Below, in pieces: positions 49,703 through 59,626 of a stretch of 64,000 nucleotides of DNA; the stretch's first letter is position 1; every line of letters starts with the position of its first letter. The DNA lies in the NCBI GenBank assembly GCA_963817955.1, contig CAWFQK010000004.1:1312001-1376000 (forward strand), written 5' to 3'. The notes beneath the pieces were generated by a model. That model saw only the letters and a list, made by a program, of their open reading frames with translations, searched no databases and was not told where the DNA came from. The DNA comes from an uncultured Gemmatimonadaceae bacterium (GTDB lineage: Bacteria; Gemmatimonadota; Gemmatimonadetes; Gemmatimonadales; Gemmatimonadaceae). The translations under genes were made by a program, and so were the position numbers.

Positions 49703-50584
49703 ATGTCCGAGCGTGCCTCCCCCACCGTCGTCGCGAACGAATCGCTGGTCGTCGAGCGCCGCCAGGCGGCGGACCGGCGCACCGAACCCGCCCCGGAGCG
49801 CCGGGGGTTGCAGAACAGCCCCTGGATGCGCTGGGTCGGGGCGGCCGGGCGCGATCTCCTGGTGATCGTGATCACGGTGAGCGCGATCGTTTTTTCTGTC
49901 CGGAGAATCCATCCGATCTTCGCCAACCAGCCGACACTGGCTGCCCGGCTCACCAAGGCGTTGCCGGTGGCACAGGCCGCTCTCCCCGCGTCACCAGCCG
50001 ACACGTCAAGAGTGGCAAAGCTCATCGCGTCGCCGCAATTTGCGCGCGACCGCGCCGCATTCGCGGCCGATCTCGTGAAGACCGGCCGCATGTCACAGGT
50101 GCGCGCCGACTCGATTTCGTTCTACGCGGTGCGCGAGGCGTATCTCAACGGCGTTCCCCCCGCAGTGGTGTTCGGGGTGATGCTCACCGAGAACGCGCTG
50201 TTCGTGAGCGGCGCCATGTCGAACGTCGGCGCGGTCGGCCTCATGCAGGTCTACCCAAAGGTGTGGCTCAAGGCGCTGAGCGCGAAGTTCGGGAAAGACC
50301 TGGCGAGCGATTCGACGAATTTGAAGTACGGCATCTTCATCCTCAGCCACTACATCAAATCCGACTCGGGCAAGGTGACGGCGCGCGACGTGAGCACGGG
50401 GCTGCTGCATTACAACGGGTGCGTGCGCGGCACGAACACGCCCAACTGTCGCACGTATCCAAACAAGGTGAAGACCTTCGTGGAGCGTCAGGGCAATGCG
50501 ATCTGCGGCGATAAGAGTTTCTATGATTGCATCGCCAAGCCGTTCATCACGGGATTGTTCGGCGGGTCTGCGCGGACGAAGTGA
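49703..50584 (+). CDS. SLT-domain lytic transglycosylase
   Basis: MLTEN, SNVGAVGLMQV, NLKYG and LLHYNG motifs. Confidence 0.82.
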   Translation: MSERASPTVVANESLVVERRQAADRRTEPAPERRGLQNSPWMRWVGAAGRDLLVIVITVSAIVFSVRRIHPIFANQPTLAARLTKALPVAQAALPASPADTSRVAKLIASPQFARDRAAFAADLVKTGRMSQVRADSISFYAVREAYLNGVPPAVVFGVMLTENALFVSGAMSNVGAVGLMQVYPKVWLKALSAKFGKDLASDSTNLKYGIFILSHYIKSDSGKVTARDVSTGLLHYNGCVRGTNTPNCRTYPNKVKTFVERQGNAICGDKSFYDCIAKPFITGLFGGSARTK

Positions 50585-50605
50585 GACACGGGACACGAGA
50601 CACGA
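50585..50605 (+). repeat. Short GACACGR heptamer array (x3)
   Basis: GACACGG GACACGA GACACGA immediately after the SLT stop codon. Confidence 0.7.
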
Positions 50606-50626
50606 CAGGGAGCGGACGGAGCATCC

Positions 50627-50941
50627 CTATCGCGCACTCCGTGTCCGTCGCTTGGTCACCCGGGCCGGTTTCGGGGCTTCGCCCGCGTCGAGCTTCGCGC
50701 ATAGGCCGGCCATCGAGTCTTCCCTGACCACGCCACGGCCGGTGCGAGCATCATCCATGGCGCGCACGGTGGTGGCGTTGGGCACGCGAAGATCGAACGG
50801 CAGACCGCGCTGCTGAACGATCTGCTGGTAGAAGAGCGTGATGGCGGTGGTAGCCGTCAAACCGAGTTGCTCCAGCAGCGCCTCGGCGCGGTCCTTCAGG
50901 TCTGGGGTTATGCGCGCACGGATCATGGCGCTCTTGGACAT
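50627..50941 (-). CDS. RelB/DinJ family antitoxin (orphan)
   Basis: MSKSAMIRARITPDLK...LGLTATTAITLFYQQIVQQRGLPF...PNATT; SD GAGGA. Confidence 0.88.
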   Translation of the reverse strand: MSKSAMIRARITPDLKDRAEALLEQLGLTATTAITLFYQQIVQQRGLPFDLRVPNATTVRAMDDARTGRGVVREDSMAGLCAKLDAGEAPKPARVTKRRTRSAR

Positions 50942-50955
50942 CGCATCCTCAGCAA

Positions 50956-50999
50956 ATGAGACAGGATGCAATGTATCTCATATGGGGCACAGATGCAAT
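50956..50999 (-). promoter_or_regulatory. Antitoxin promoter/operator
   Basis: Minus strand TTGCAT-N17-TACATT overlapping the inverted repeat ATGAGA..TCTCAT. Confidence 0.55.
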
Positions 51000-51081
51000 T
51001 TTCGCGACCCAGAGGTGATCTCGCAACGTAGCCGGAGCGGCGCGCCGGCCGCCGTGCATCGGCGGGCGCTGATTCACATCG

Positions 51082-51597
51082 TCAGGTCTTCGCCTTGTCC
51101 TTCTGGAACGGCACCTTCAGCTTCGTGCTGAGCCTGGTGAGGTCGTTGTCGCTCACCCGACGTCCGCTGGCGAGGAAGAGCGGGTTGAGCACGGCCTGGA
51201 CGTCCTTGCTCCACTTCATCTTGTCGACGCCGCCCGCTCGTCCGCGGTCGATCACGGCCTTGAGGGAAGCCTGTTCAGCGGGCGTCGTGAAGACAAGCGT
51301 GTGCGAGGTGCCGTTGACCACGAACACCGCGCCGCGTTTGCCGTCGACCTGGAGCAGCGTGCCCGGACTCATGGGCACACCCGCGAAGAAACAGATCACG
51401 CCATCAGGCAGGGGCTGGAAGGCATTTCACCCCAGGTCGTTATTCGTGCCCATCGTGACGCAATGCCCCGGCGCGTCGCAGAGCACGACGTCGGCCAGTG
51501 CCCGGCGCGGCGCCAGCGCGAGCGCGGCAACGGCGAGGGTGACCGCCAAGCCGATGTGAATGAAGCGGGCGAAAACGCGATTCGTGTGACCTGCCAT
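51082..51597 (-). pseudogene. Secreted Cys-containing protein interrupted by an in-frame TGA (codon 57): nonsense pseudogene or readthrough/Sec
   Basis: SD GGAG and ATG 51597, signal peptide ending ALA|D, TGA at 51427-51429; the same frame continues open to 51082. Confidence 0.6.
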
Positions 51598-51801
51598 GCG
51601 TACACTCCGTGGTGAGACGGACTGGGTGAGTCGAGCGCCCCGCCGACAGGTGAGCCCTACAATGACGGAGCGGTTTCCCTGACAGTCGTATGGGGGTGTG
51701 CCGCTACATTCGCGGCACTTCCGCAATTGACCCGCGGGCAAACGTCGGTCGTTGCGGGGTGGTGCGCCTGACCGCAACGCCGCTCCTGGAGACGAACGGT
51801 C

Positions 51802-52369
51802 ATGGCCCCTGACATTGCCGAGTCCGGCCCACGCGGGATCATTGCTCGCCTGAACGAGCAGCAAGCCCCCAGTTGTCCGCGCTGCGCCGCAGGATCGGCA
51901 CTGCCGAGATGCAGTCGACGTTGCGAGCGGTCGCCGACTTTTATGCCGCGGTCACTGCCGCACCCGGCGCCGGAGACATTCGCGCCGCCGGCGCACGTGC
52001 GTTCGTGACGCTCCTCCGCGAGCATCCCGCATTCGCTACTGGCGCGCCGCCGGTCGTCGCCCTGCCGGTGCATGGCGGGGCCGCGGATCCGGTGAGCCAG
52101 GACTACCGCACGGACGCGGCCGAGATACTGGTGATGGGCGCGGCGGCGCTTCGCTTCACCGGCGACGCCGGGGTCGGCGACGACGTCAGCACCTTGCAGC
52201 ACGTCGCTGTGGGAGCCGGCGCCTTCAACGCAACCCTGCGTGACATCCTGCGGGTCACACGGTGCGCGACGCCATCATCTGGCGCGTGCCGACGGTCGAA
52301 CTCGAAGTACGTGTCGACCTGAGCGAGGTGTTCGCGGGGCTCGAGGAGTGTCAGCGAGATCCGCGCTGA
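51802..52369 (+). pseudogene. Degraded/frameshifted hypothetical gene fragments
   Basis: SD and ATG at 51802; the protein-like frame shifts near 51870 to ORF 51873-52322, and another frame ends with VDLSEVFAGLE. Confidence 0.35.
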
Positions 52370-52420
52370 GCCAACGGCTGCGGGCTGCTGAAGAGTGCTG
52401 CGCGGCTCGCCCGACCATCA

Positions 52421-54181
52421 TCAAGCGATTGCGATCTTCTTCCATGAGAGCACGGTGCCGCTCCGGTCGTGTGGCCTCTCGATCGCACAGGCGCTCGCGC
52501 CGAGCACCCGCTCCACTTCCTCGAGCGACGTATCGCCCATCCGGACGCGATCGAGCGCCGAATCGCGCAGCGTGTGCATTCCCTGCCGATCGGCCTCACG
52601 CCGGAGATCAGCCGCGAGACCGCCATGTCCGATGATGTCGGAGAGCTCGGGCGACACGTCGAGAATCTCCATGATCGCGATCCGACCCAAGTATCCGTCG
52701 CGGCACTGATCGCACCCCGGCGCGGTGCGCCCCGGCAAGACGTCGTAGGCATCGGCAAGGGCCCGCTCGGCCTCCGGTAGATCGTCGAGACACGTCACCG
52801 GCCTCGCGCAGTGCGAACATAACCGCCGCACGAGCCGCTGAGCCACAACGCCCCGAAGGGTTGCGGCGATGCTCGCGCAATCGAGGCCGATGTCCATCAG
52901 GCGATGCGTAGTGCCGATAGCATCGTTCGTGTGCAGGGTAGTGAGAACGAGGTGTCCGGTCATGCTTGCTCGTACCGCCGTTTCCGCCGTCTCCAGGTCC
53001 CGCATCTCACCGACCAGGATGACGTCTGGATCTTGACGCAGGAGCGCGCGCAGCGCGCCGGCGAACGTGCGGCCCTGCTTCTCGTCCACCTGGATCTGCG
53101 TGATGCCGTTCAAGAGTTGCTCGACCGGCTCCTCGACGGTAGAGACGTTGAGCGCACCGATGGCGAGGTCCTGGAGCGCGGAATACAGGGTGGTGGTCTT
53201 GCCCGACCCAGTCGGTCCGGTGATGATGACGATGCCGGTCCTGTGTTTGAGCAGTGCGCGGAGGCCACTGATCTCGCGCGGCAGTAGGTCCAGTGCATCG
53301 AGCGAGAAGGAGTGCTGCGAGCGAGAAATGCGCATCACGCACTTCTCGCCGATCGTTGTGGGAACCGTCGACACGCGCAGATCGAAGGTCTCGGTGCCGA
53401 GCGTTATGCGAATGCGGCCGTCCTGCGGTCGCATGTGGTCGGCGATGTCCATGTTCCCGAGCACCTTGATACGCGATACGAGCCGCACGAGCGCCGCGAG
53501 CGGGAGGCGCATGAACCTCTCCAGCACGCCGTCCACGCGGAAGCGCACACGCCCACCATCCTGATCGGACTCGATGTGGATGTCGCTGGCGCGCGCCTTT
53601 ATCGCTTCGGCGATGACGAGGTTCGTGAGCTTGATGACGGGACCTTCCTCTGCCGCCTTCTTGACGTCGGGAACAAGCTCCGACCACTCGACGACCCGCA
53701 CCTCGGGTTCAGGCGCGTCGGGCATGCTCCTCAACAGCTGATCGACGACGTCGGTATTTCCGTAGGCGAGAGCAATCGCTTCCTCGATACGACCAGGCGA
53801 TGCCACTTCCAACATCACGCGCCGCCCGCAACTGAACGCGATCGCTTGCTCCGCCCCGAGGTCGACCGGATCGGAAGATGCGACGACGAGTGTTCCCTTG
53901 GTGGCCCGGAGTGGAAACACGTGGTATTTCCGCGCGACCTTTTCCGGAAGCACCTTGATCGCCGATGGCTCTCGATCGGCGAAGTTGGCTACTGGTAGCT
54001 TGAACTGCGCGGCGAGGCGTTTGGTGACTTCCTCCTCGCAGCTGCCGGACCTCGCCATCGCGTGCCACCCCGCCATGACGGGCGCCTCGGCGCCGGCGGC
54101 CAACGGTCTATCGGTGCCGCACGCAGCGTTCATCCCGTGCGTACCAACGGAGGCGGCAGTTCCAATCGCGGGCGACGCCAT
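52421..54181 (-). CDS. GspE/PulE (PilB-like) secretion ATPase
   Basis: ASDIHIE, RPQDGR, GPTGSGKTTT, LRQDPDVILVGEMRD, TGHLVLTTLHTND and a CxxC..CxxC zinc motif. Confidence 0.9.
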   Translation of the reverse strand: MASPAIGTAASVGTHGMNAACGTDRPLAAGAEAPVMAGWHAMARSGSCEEEVTKRLAAQFKLPVANFADREPSAIKVLPEKVARKYHVFPLRATKGTLVVASSDPVDLGAEQAIAFSCGRRVMLEVASPGRIEEAIALAYGNTDVVDQLLRSMPDAPEPEVRVVEWSELVPDVKKAAEEGPVIKLTNLVIAEAIKARASDIHIESDQDGGRVRFRVDGVLERFMRLPLAALVRLVSRIKVLGNMDIADHMRPQDGRIRITLGTETFDLRVSTVPTTIGEKCVMRISRSQHSFSLDALDLLPREISGLRALLKHRTGIVIITGPTGSGKTTTLYSALQDLAIGALNVSTVEEPVEQLLNGITQIQVDEKQGRTFAGALRALLRQDPDVILVGEMRDLETAETAVRASMTGHLVLTTLHTNDAIGTTHRLMDIGLDCASIAATLRGVVAQRLVRRLCSHCARPVTCLDDLPEAERALADAYDVLPGRTAPGCDQCRDGYLGRIAIMEILDVSPELSDIIGHGGLAADLRREADRQGMHTLRDSALDRVRMGDTSLEEVERVLGASACAIERPHDRSGTVLSWKKIAIA

Positions 54182-54558
54182 GAAAGGTTATTAGTAAAGA
54201 TATGGTAGCGAACGGTCGCTCGCATTTTCCGAGCGACGTGTGCTGATGAGAGTTCGATCCCGTGGAAAGCACTTGTCATGCGAGGCGCTGACTGCTTGCA
54301 ACACAGGAGTCAAAGCCCGGCTGAGCAACGGGTTAGAGCAGCCGGGTGCAGGACAACTGGGAATGCAGTGCGGCGGGTGTGCCACGATGGGTGCGGCACG
54401 ATGGGCACAGTAAGCACTTGATTCCCACAGCTCCGAGGGGGCCTTCGAGGGCCGGACGGCCTTCTTTAATCCTGCTTTGTCAGTGATACCTGCGGACGAC
54501 TGCCGCGCAGTCGGCGGATGATCGAGCGGGGGCTGGCGGGGGCTGGCGCAAGCGATCG

Positions 54559-54780
54559 GGACGACGGGTGACTGTGATCAGTCATCAGTGCGTGGGTCGT
54601 CAGTCCTCAGTGACTGAGGACCCCGACAGCCCTCGATCGGGCGAAGAGATCCGCGACCATCCACCACCAAAAAAGAACGCGCGGCCACGGAGGCTGGCCC
54701 GAGCGAGAACCCGTCGCGTAGCCGCGCGACTGATGACTGAGCACCGCTGACTGATGACTGATCACAGTCACCCGCCGTCC
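54559..54780. repeat. Heptamer-rich inverted-repeat element
   Basis: Perfect 25-bp IR CGGGTGACTGTGATCAGTCATCAGT (54565-54589 vs 54750-54774), extendable to about 31 bp; built from the ACTGATG-type heptamer. Confidence 0.85.
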
Positions 54781-54873
54781 AGATCGCTTGACCTCGCGTG
54801 GCGCCGCCGGACCCAGCCGAAGAGGTTCGCGTCGTTACCGCCGGGATCTTCCTGGGCGTGATGACGGGGCGCT

Positions 54874-55308
54874 TTGACTGAGCGGCCGCGCGCCCAGCAG
54901 CAGCGTCCGCTGCACGACGCACCCGTCGCGCGCAGCGCCATCGCAACCAGTCTTCGGCCCGTTGCCAACGGGCTCTTCGCCTTCGGCCTGAGCGAGTGGT
55001 CGCTGCTGGCGCTCCTCGTCGCGACGTGGATCAGTCCGGAGTTCGTCGAGCGCCTTCGCCCCGCCTTCGTCGCCGGCCTGCCGATGCTGTTCGTGACGGA
55101 GTTCGTGTTCAGTCATGCAGCCGCCGCCATGGGCGTGTCGGCGATGTTCAAGGGAATCGGTCGGTCGCTTTTTGTGGTGTTCCTGCTGCTCATATACGGC
55201 CTGTGGTTCTTCCTGCTGGTGAAATGGGGGTTCGGCATACAAGCCGCCTTTTTCCTGGCGTTCGATACGCTGCCCGGACCAGCCAGTAAAGTCGCCCTGG
55301 TGCGCTAG
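54874..55308 (+). CDS. Hypothetical membrane protein (possibly truncated)
   Basis: Four hydrophobic segments; no recognised family. Confidence 0.5.
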   Translation: MTERPRAQQQRPLHDAPVARSAIATSLRPVANGLFAFGLSEWSLLALLVATWISPEFVERLRPAFVAGLPMLFVTEFVFSHAAAAMGVSAMFKGIGRSLFVVFLLLIYGLWFFLLVKWGFGIQAAFFLAFDTLPGPASKVALVR

Positions 55309-55333
55309 CCGGCGAGCCGTGGCGCCGCCGCAT

Positions 55334-56323
55334 TCAACTGATTCGCAGCACTACCTTCCCGAACGTTGCGTTGGTGGCCAGTCGCTCATGCGCGGCGCGA
55401 ATCTCCTCCAGCTCGAAGACGCAATCGACCGTCGGCGCCACAACACCGCGCTCGATCAGTGGCACAACGTCGCGGGCGAAGGCCGCCGTCGCCGCCCGCC
55501 GTTCGCCAATGGGTCTGGCGCGCAGCACCGTGCCTTTGAGTGTGAGTCGCTTGCCGAGGACCACACCGATCGGGATGGTCGAAGTGGCGCCGGCGACGGT
55601 GCCCACCAGCATGATTCGCCCGTGCGCCGCGGACGCGCGAATGCTCGCCCCAACGTACGGTCCGCCGACGAGGTCGAGCGTCACGTCAATGCCCTTCCCT
55701 GCCGTCCACTGCTCCACGGCAGCAAGGATCACGTCCGTGTCATCACGTACGACGATGCCGTCGGCGAGACCAGCGGCGCGTGCGCGTTCGATCTTCTCAG
55801 GAGTGCGCGCTGTGCCGAACGGTGTCGCCGCATAGGCGCGCACGAGCTGCGTGGCCGCGAGCCCCACGCCGCTGCCGACCGCGTGAATGAGCACGTGTTC
55901 GCCGGCGCGGAGTCCAGCCTGTGTCACCATGGCGTCGTGCGCAGTGATGAACGCTTCGGGAATCGCCGCGGCATCGGTCCACGTCAGGTTCTCCGGCACC
56001 CGCACGATCGCATCGGCATCCGCCACGAGATACTCGGCATTGCCACCGCCGGCGACGATGCCGAAAACGGAGTCGCCCTCGCGCCACCTCTGCACATCCG
56101 ACCCGATCTCGGCCACTTCACCGGCGAACTCGAGGCCGGGAATGTCGGCCGGCGCACCGGGGGGCGCAGGATAACGCCCTTCGCGCTGCAACAAGTCGGC
56201 GCGATTGAGCGCCGATGCGTGGACGCGCACCAGTACCTCGCCCGGCCCGGCCTTGGGCGTGGGGCGCTCTCGCACCTCGAGGACGTTCGGGCCGCCGGGC
56301 CGAGTGATTACGGCAGCGCGCAC
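55334..56323 (-). CDS. NAD(P)H-quinone oxidoreductase (PIG3/zeta-crystallin family)
   Basis: NRADLLQREGRYP, PGLEFAG, PEAFITA, HAVGSGVG and GKVVL motifs. Confidence 0.92.
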   Translation of the reverse strand: MRAAVITRPGGPNVLEVRERPTPKAGPGEVLVRVHASALNRADLLQREGRYPAPPGAPADIPGLEFAGEVAEIGSDVQRWREGDSVFGIVAGGGNAEYLVADADAIVRVPENLTWTDAAAIPEAFITAHDAMVTQAGLRAGEHVLIHAVGSGVGLAATQLVRAYAATPFGTARTPEKIERARAAGLADGIVVRDDTDVILAAVEQWTAGKGIDVTLDLVGGPYVGASIRASAAHGRIMLVGTVAGATSTIPIGVVLGKRLTLKGTVLRARPIGERRAATAAFARDVVPLIERGVVAPTVDCVFELEEIRAAHERLATNATFGKVVLRIS

Positions 56324-56324
56324 G

Positions 56325-59300
56325 TCACGGCACGATTGCCGGCGCCGGCATCGTCACTCCCGGTACATTGAGCTCGCGCATGAGCGCGTTGAACGCAGCG
56401 AGATCGCGGGACTCGAACGCGTGCAGCCGCGCGATCTGCTGGTCCACCTTGGGCGCGATATCGCGATAGATGGCGCCCTCCTGCGCCGTCGGCGCGGCAT
56501 CAGCCGACTGCACCATGCCAGCGAGCGACAGCAGCATGTTGTAGTACCGCACCGGATAATGCAGCGTGATCTGATCGGCGTGCGAGTGGCTCTCGACGAG
56601 TGAATCGCGGATCGCGACGAGCTTGTCGCGCATGGGCTTCGCCGCATCCGACAGGCGCTTGGCGTACGACTGGCCCTTCGCCGCGCCGGTGCGCTCGCCG
56701 AGTGCATTCTCGATTGTCACAATCCGCTCGACCGCGTCTGACAATTCGTTGGTCTTTGCTTGCACCTCGAGTGCCAGCGCAAGCTGCGCATCGTACTCTG
56801 CCTGTGTCGTGTTGAGTCGCGGATCACCGCGCACGATGAACGGCTGCGTGTACGTCTTGCCGCCGGCAGTGAGGCGAACGGTGTACGCTCCCGGGGCAAT
56901 GACCGGGCCGCGCGTAGACCCTTCGTCATTCACGACATCCTTCACCTCGCGCGTATCCGGATAATGCAGATCCCAGACGAAACGGTTGAGTCCAGCGCGC
57001 ACGGTGACCGTGGAATCGCTCGGGGCAAAGGCGAGCGTGTCATCCTCCACGCTGCGCATACCGCGTGACTTCTCGGCCGCGGCAGAGGTGATCGAATCGG
57101 GTGCCGGCGCACTGGAGAAACTCCGAAGCACTTTGCCGGCTGCGTCGATGTATTCAATACGTGCACTGTCGTGCGGCGCGAGCGCGCGCTTCAGCCAGTA
57201 GTCCACGATCACGCCATCGGGCGGATTCTCGCCGGCCGTTTCCGTCCGCGCATGACCGCCGGCGAACCGGACGACGGTGTCGGGGGTGAACAGGTGTACA
57301 CTTTCGCCGCGCACGCCGTCGGTGAGCTGACGGAGCGGGGTGATGTCGTCGAGCAACCACATGGCGCGTCCGTGCGTCGCCGCGATCAGATCGCTGCCGT
57401 GGATATGCAGGTCACGCACGGCAGCGCGCGGCAGATTGAGCTGCAGCGACGTCCAATGCGCGCCGTCATCAGTCGAGTAGTAGATCCCTGTTTCCGTGCC
57501 GGCAAACAACAGCCCCCGACGTGCCGGATCTTCGCGAATGGTGCGTGTGTAGGCGCCGTTCGGAATGCCGGTCGTGATCTTCGTCCAGGTATGGCCGTAG
57601 TCAGTCGTCTTGTAGAGATACGGAGCGAAGTCATCCTGTTGGAATCGGTTCGCAGCCACGTACGCCGTGCCGGCATCGTAATGCGACGGCTCGATGATCG
57701 AGACACGTGTGTACGTGCCAAAATTTGGAGGCGTCACGTTGATCCACGTCTTGCTGCGATCGCGCGACAGGTGAATGAGCCCATCGTCCGAGCCGGCCCA
57801 GAGCACGTCGGCGGTGAGCGGCGACTCGGCGAACGCAAAGATCGACGCGTACCACTCGGTGCCCGTCATGTCGTAGGTGATCGGTCCACCGGCCGGGCCG
57901 AGCGTCTTGGGGTCGTGCAGTGTGAGGTCGGGGCTGATCGCCTCCCAGCTGTCGCCGTCATTCATCGAACGGAAGACTCGATTCGCCGTCGTGTACAGCG
58001 CGCGCGGATCGTGCGTCGAATAGAGAATGGGATACGTCCACTGGAAACGGTTCGGCACGTCGCGCGCCGCCCAGCCGTCGTAGTTGTTCAACCAGACCGA
58101 GATGTCCTTCGCCTGTTTGGTGCGCACGTCGTAGCGCGTCATGGTGCCGGTGTACGTGCCGGCAATGACGATGTTCGGGTTGCCGGGCTTGGGCGCGATG
58201 TATCCCGCTTCGCCGCCTCCAACCGCATACCAGTCCATGGCGGTGATCGTGCCGTCATCGGAGCGGCTGGCCATGGACAGGGTGGTATTGTCCTGTTGCG
58301 CGCCGAAGATGCGGTATGGCCACTGGTCGTCGGTCGTGACGTGATAGAACTGCGCCGTCGGCTGGTTCATGATCGACGACCAGTTCGCGCCGCCGTCGAG
58401 GCTCACCGTGGCACCGCCGTCGTTGCCGCTGATCATGCGACGCGAATCATGCGGATCAATCCACAGGGCGTGCGTGTCGCCGTGTGGTAAGCGGATGCGC
58501 GAGAAGGTATGGCCTCCGTCCGTGGACTTCCACGTCGACAGATTCATGACGAACACGGTGTTCGTGTCCGAGGGATCGGCGGTCACGACACTGTAGTACC
58601 AGGGGCGCACCATCCACTTCTGATCGCCGCTCGTGCGGTGCCAACTGGCACCGCCGTCGTCGGAGCGAAAAATGCCGCCGGTGGAGTCTTCCGGCGGACA
58701 CTCGATCGTCGCGTAGATGCGCTCCGGATTCGCCGGCGACACCGATACACCGATGCGGCCGAGCGGATTCTTCGGAATGCCGGGATTGGCGGTGAGATCA
58801 CGCCACGTGTCGCCCCCATCGGTCGTCTTCCACACGCTGCCGTGGCCGGCGGTGAACCCCCAGGGTGTGCGCTGCATGTGCCACATGGCCGCATACACGA
58901 TGCGCGGATTGCTGGGGTCCATGGCGAGGTCGATGGCGCCGGTGGAATCATCCACGAAGAGCATGCGCTCCCAGGTCCGGCCGCCGTCCTTGGAGCGATA
59001 CACGCCGCGCATGCCGTTTCGGCCGCTGGCATGTCCCATGGCCGCAACGAGCACGCGATCCGGATCGCGCGGGTCGATGACGATACGCGCAATGTGGCGT
59101 GCGTCATCGAGCCCAAGGTGCGTCCAGGTGCGGCCCGCATCCGTCGAGCGGTACATGCCGTCGCCGTACGTCCAGTCTTCGCGCAGATCCGCTTCACCGC
59201 CGCCGGCATAGATGACGTTGGGATCGGACGGGGCAACGGCAATCGCGCCGACCGACGAGATGTTCGATGTGCCATCCGTGATGTTCCGCCAGCTCGTGCC

Positions 59301-59591
59301 GCCGTTCGTCGACTTCCAGACGCCGCCATTCACCGAGCCGAAGTAGAAGACGCTCGGCTTGGTGGGATCGCCGGTCACGGCGACCGCGCGTCCGCCACGG
59401 AACGGCCCCACCAGCCGCCAGCGCATTCCGCGCAGCTCGCGCGGCGCGCTCGCGTACCGCGTCGAATCGAACGCGGCGGCCGGCGTCGGCGCCGGCGCCG
59501 GCGTGCGTTGCTGCGCGAGGCCAAGCGTTGGGGCGAGCAGGAAAGACACCAGCGCGAGCGGGCGGAGCATATGAATGCGGGTGAGGGTCAT
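56325..59591 (-). CDS. VPS10/BNR-repeat (sortilin-like) secreted glycosyl hydrolase-like protein
   Basis: Many S/TxDGGxTW Asp-box repeats, WRLVGPFRGGR and ATHGR; signal peptide from ATG 59591. Confidence 0.88.
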   Translation of the reverse strand: MTLTRIHMLRPLALVSFLLAPTLGLAQQRTPAPAPTPAAAFDSTRYASAPRELRGMRWRLVGPFRGGRAVAVTGDPTKPSVFYFGSVNGGVWKSTNGGTSWRNITDGTSNISSVGAIAVAPSDPNVIYAGGGEADLREDWTYGDGMYRSTDAGRTWTHLGLDDARHIARIVIDPRDPDRVLVAAMGHASGRNGMRGVYRSKDGGRTWERMLFVDDSTGAIDLAMDPSNPRIVYAAMWHMQRTPWGFTAGHGSVWKTTDGGDTWRDLTANPGIPKNPLGRIGVSVSPANPERIYATIECPPEDSTGGIFRSDDGGASWHRTSGDQKWMVRPWYYSVVTADPSDTNTVFVMNLSTWKSTDGGHTFSRIRLPHGDTHALWIDPHDSRRMISGNDGGATVSLDGGANWSSIMNQPTAQFYHVTTDDQWPYRIFGAQQDNTTLSMASRSDDGTITAMDWYAVGGGEAGYIAPKPGNPNIVIAGTYTGTMTRYDVRTKQAKDISVWLNNYDGWAARDVPNRFQWTYPILYSTHDPRALYTTANRVFRSMNDGDSWEAISPDLTLHDPKTLGPAGGPITYDMTGTEWYASIFAFAESPLTADVLWAGSDDGLIHLSRDRSKTWINVTPPNFGTYTRVSIIEPSHYDAGTAYVAANRFQQDDFAPYLYKTTDYGHTWTKITTGIPNGAYTRTIREDPARRGLLFAGTETGIYYSTDDGAHWTSLQLNLPRAAVRDLHIHGSDLIAATHGRAMWLLDDITPLRQLTDGVRGESVHLFTPDTVVRFAGGHARTETAGENPPDGVIVDYWLKRALAPHDSARIEYIDAAGKVLRSFSSAPAPDSITSAAAEKSRGMRSVEDDTLAFAPSDSTVTVRAGLNRFVWDLHYPDTREVKDVVNDEGSTRGPVIAPGAYTVRLTAGGKTYTQPFIVRGDPRLNTTQAEYDAQLALALEVQAKTNELSDAVERIVTIENALGERTGAAKGQSYAKRLSDAAKPMRDKLVAIRDSLVESHSHADQITLHYPVRYYNMLLSLAGMVQSADAAPTAQEGAIYRDIAPKVDQQIARLHAFESRDLAAFNALMRELNVPGVTMPAPAIVP

Positions 59592-59626
59592 GAGCACCGT
59601 CGTAAACGGCGTCGTCGTAGACGGCG

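Noticed and set aside
52255..52369. Uma2-type endonuclease C-terminal fragment
   Set aside because: Only a vague resemblance over about 30 aa; not supportable without a search.
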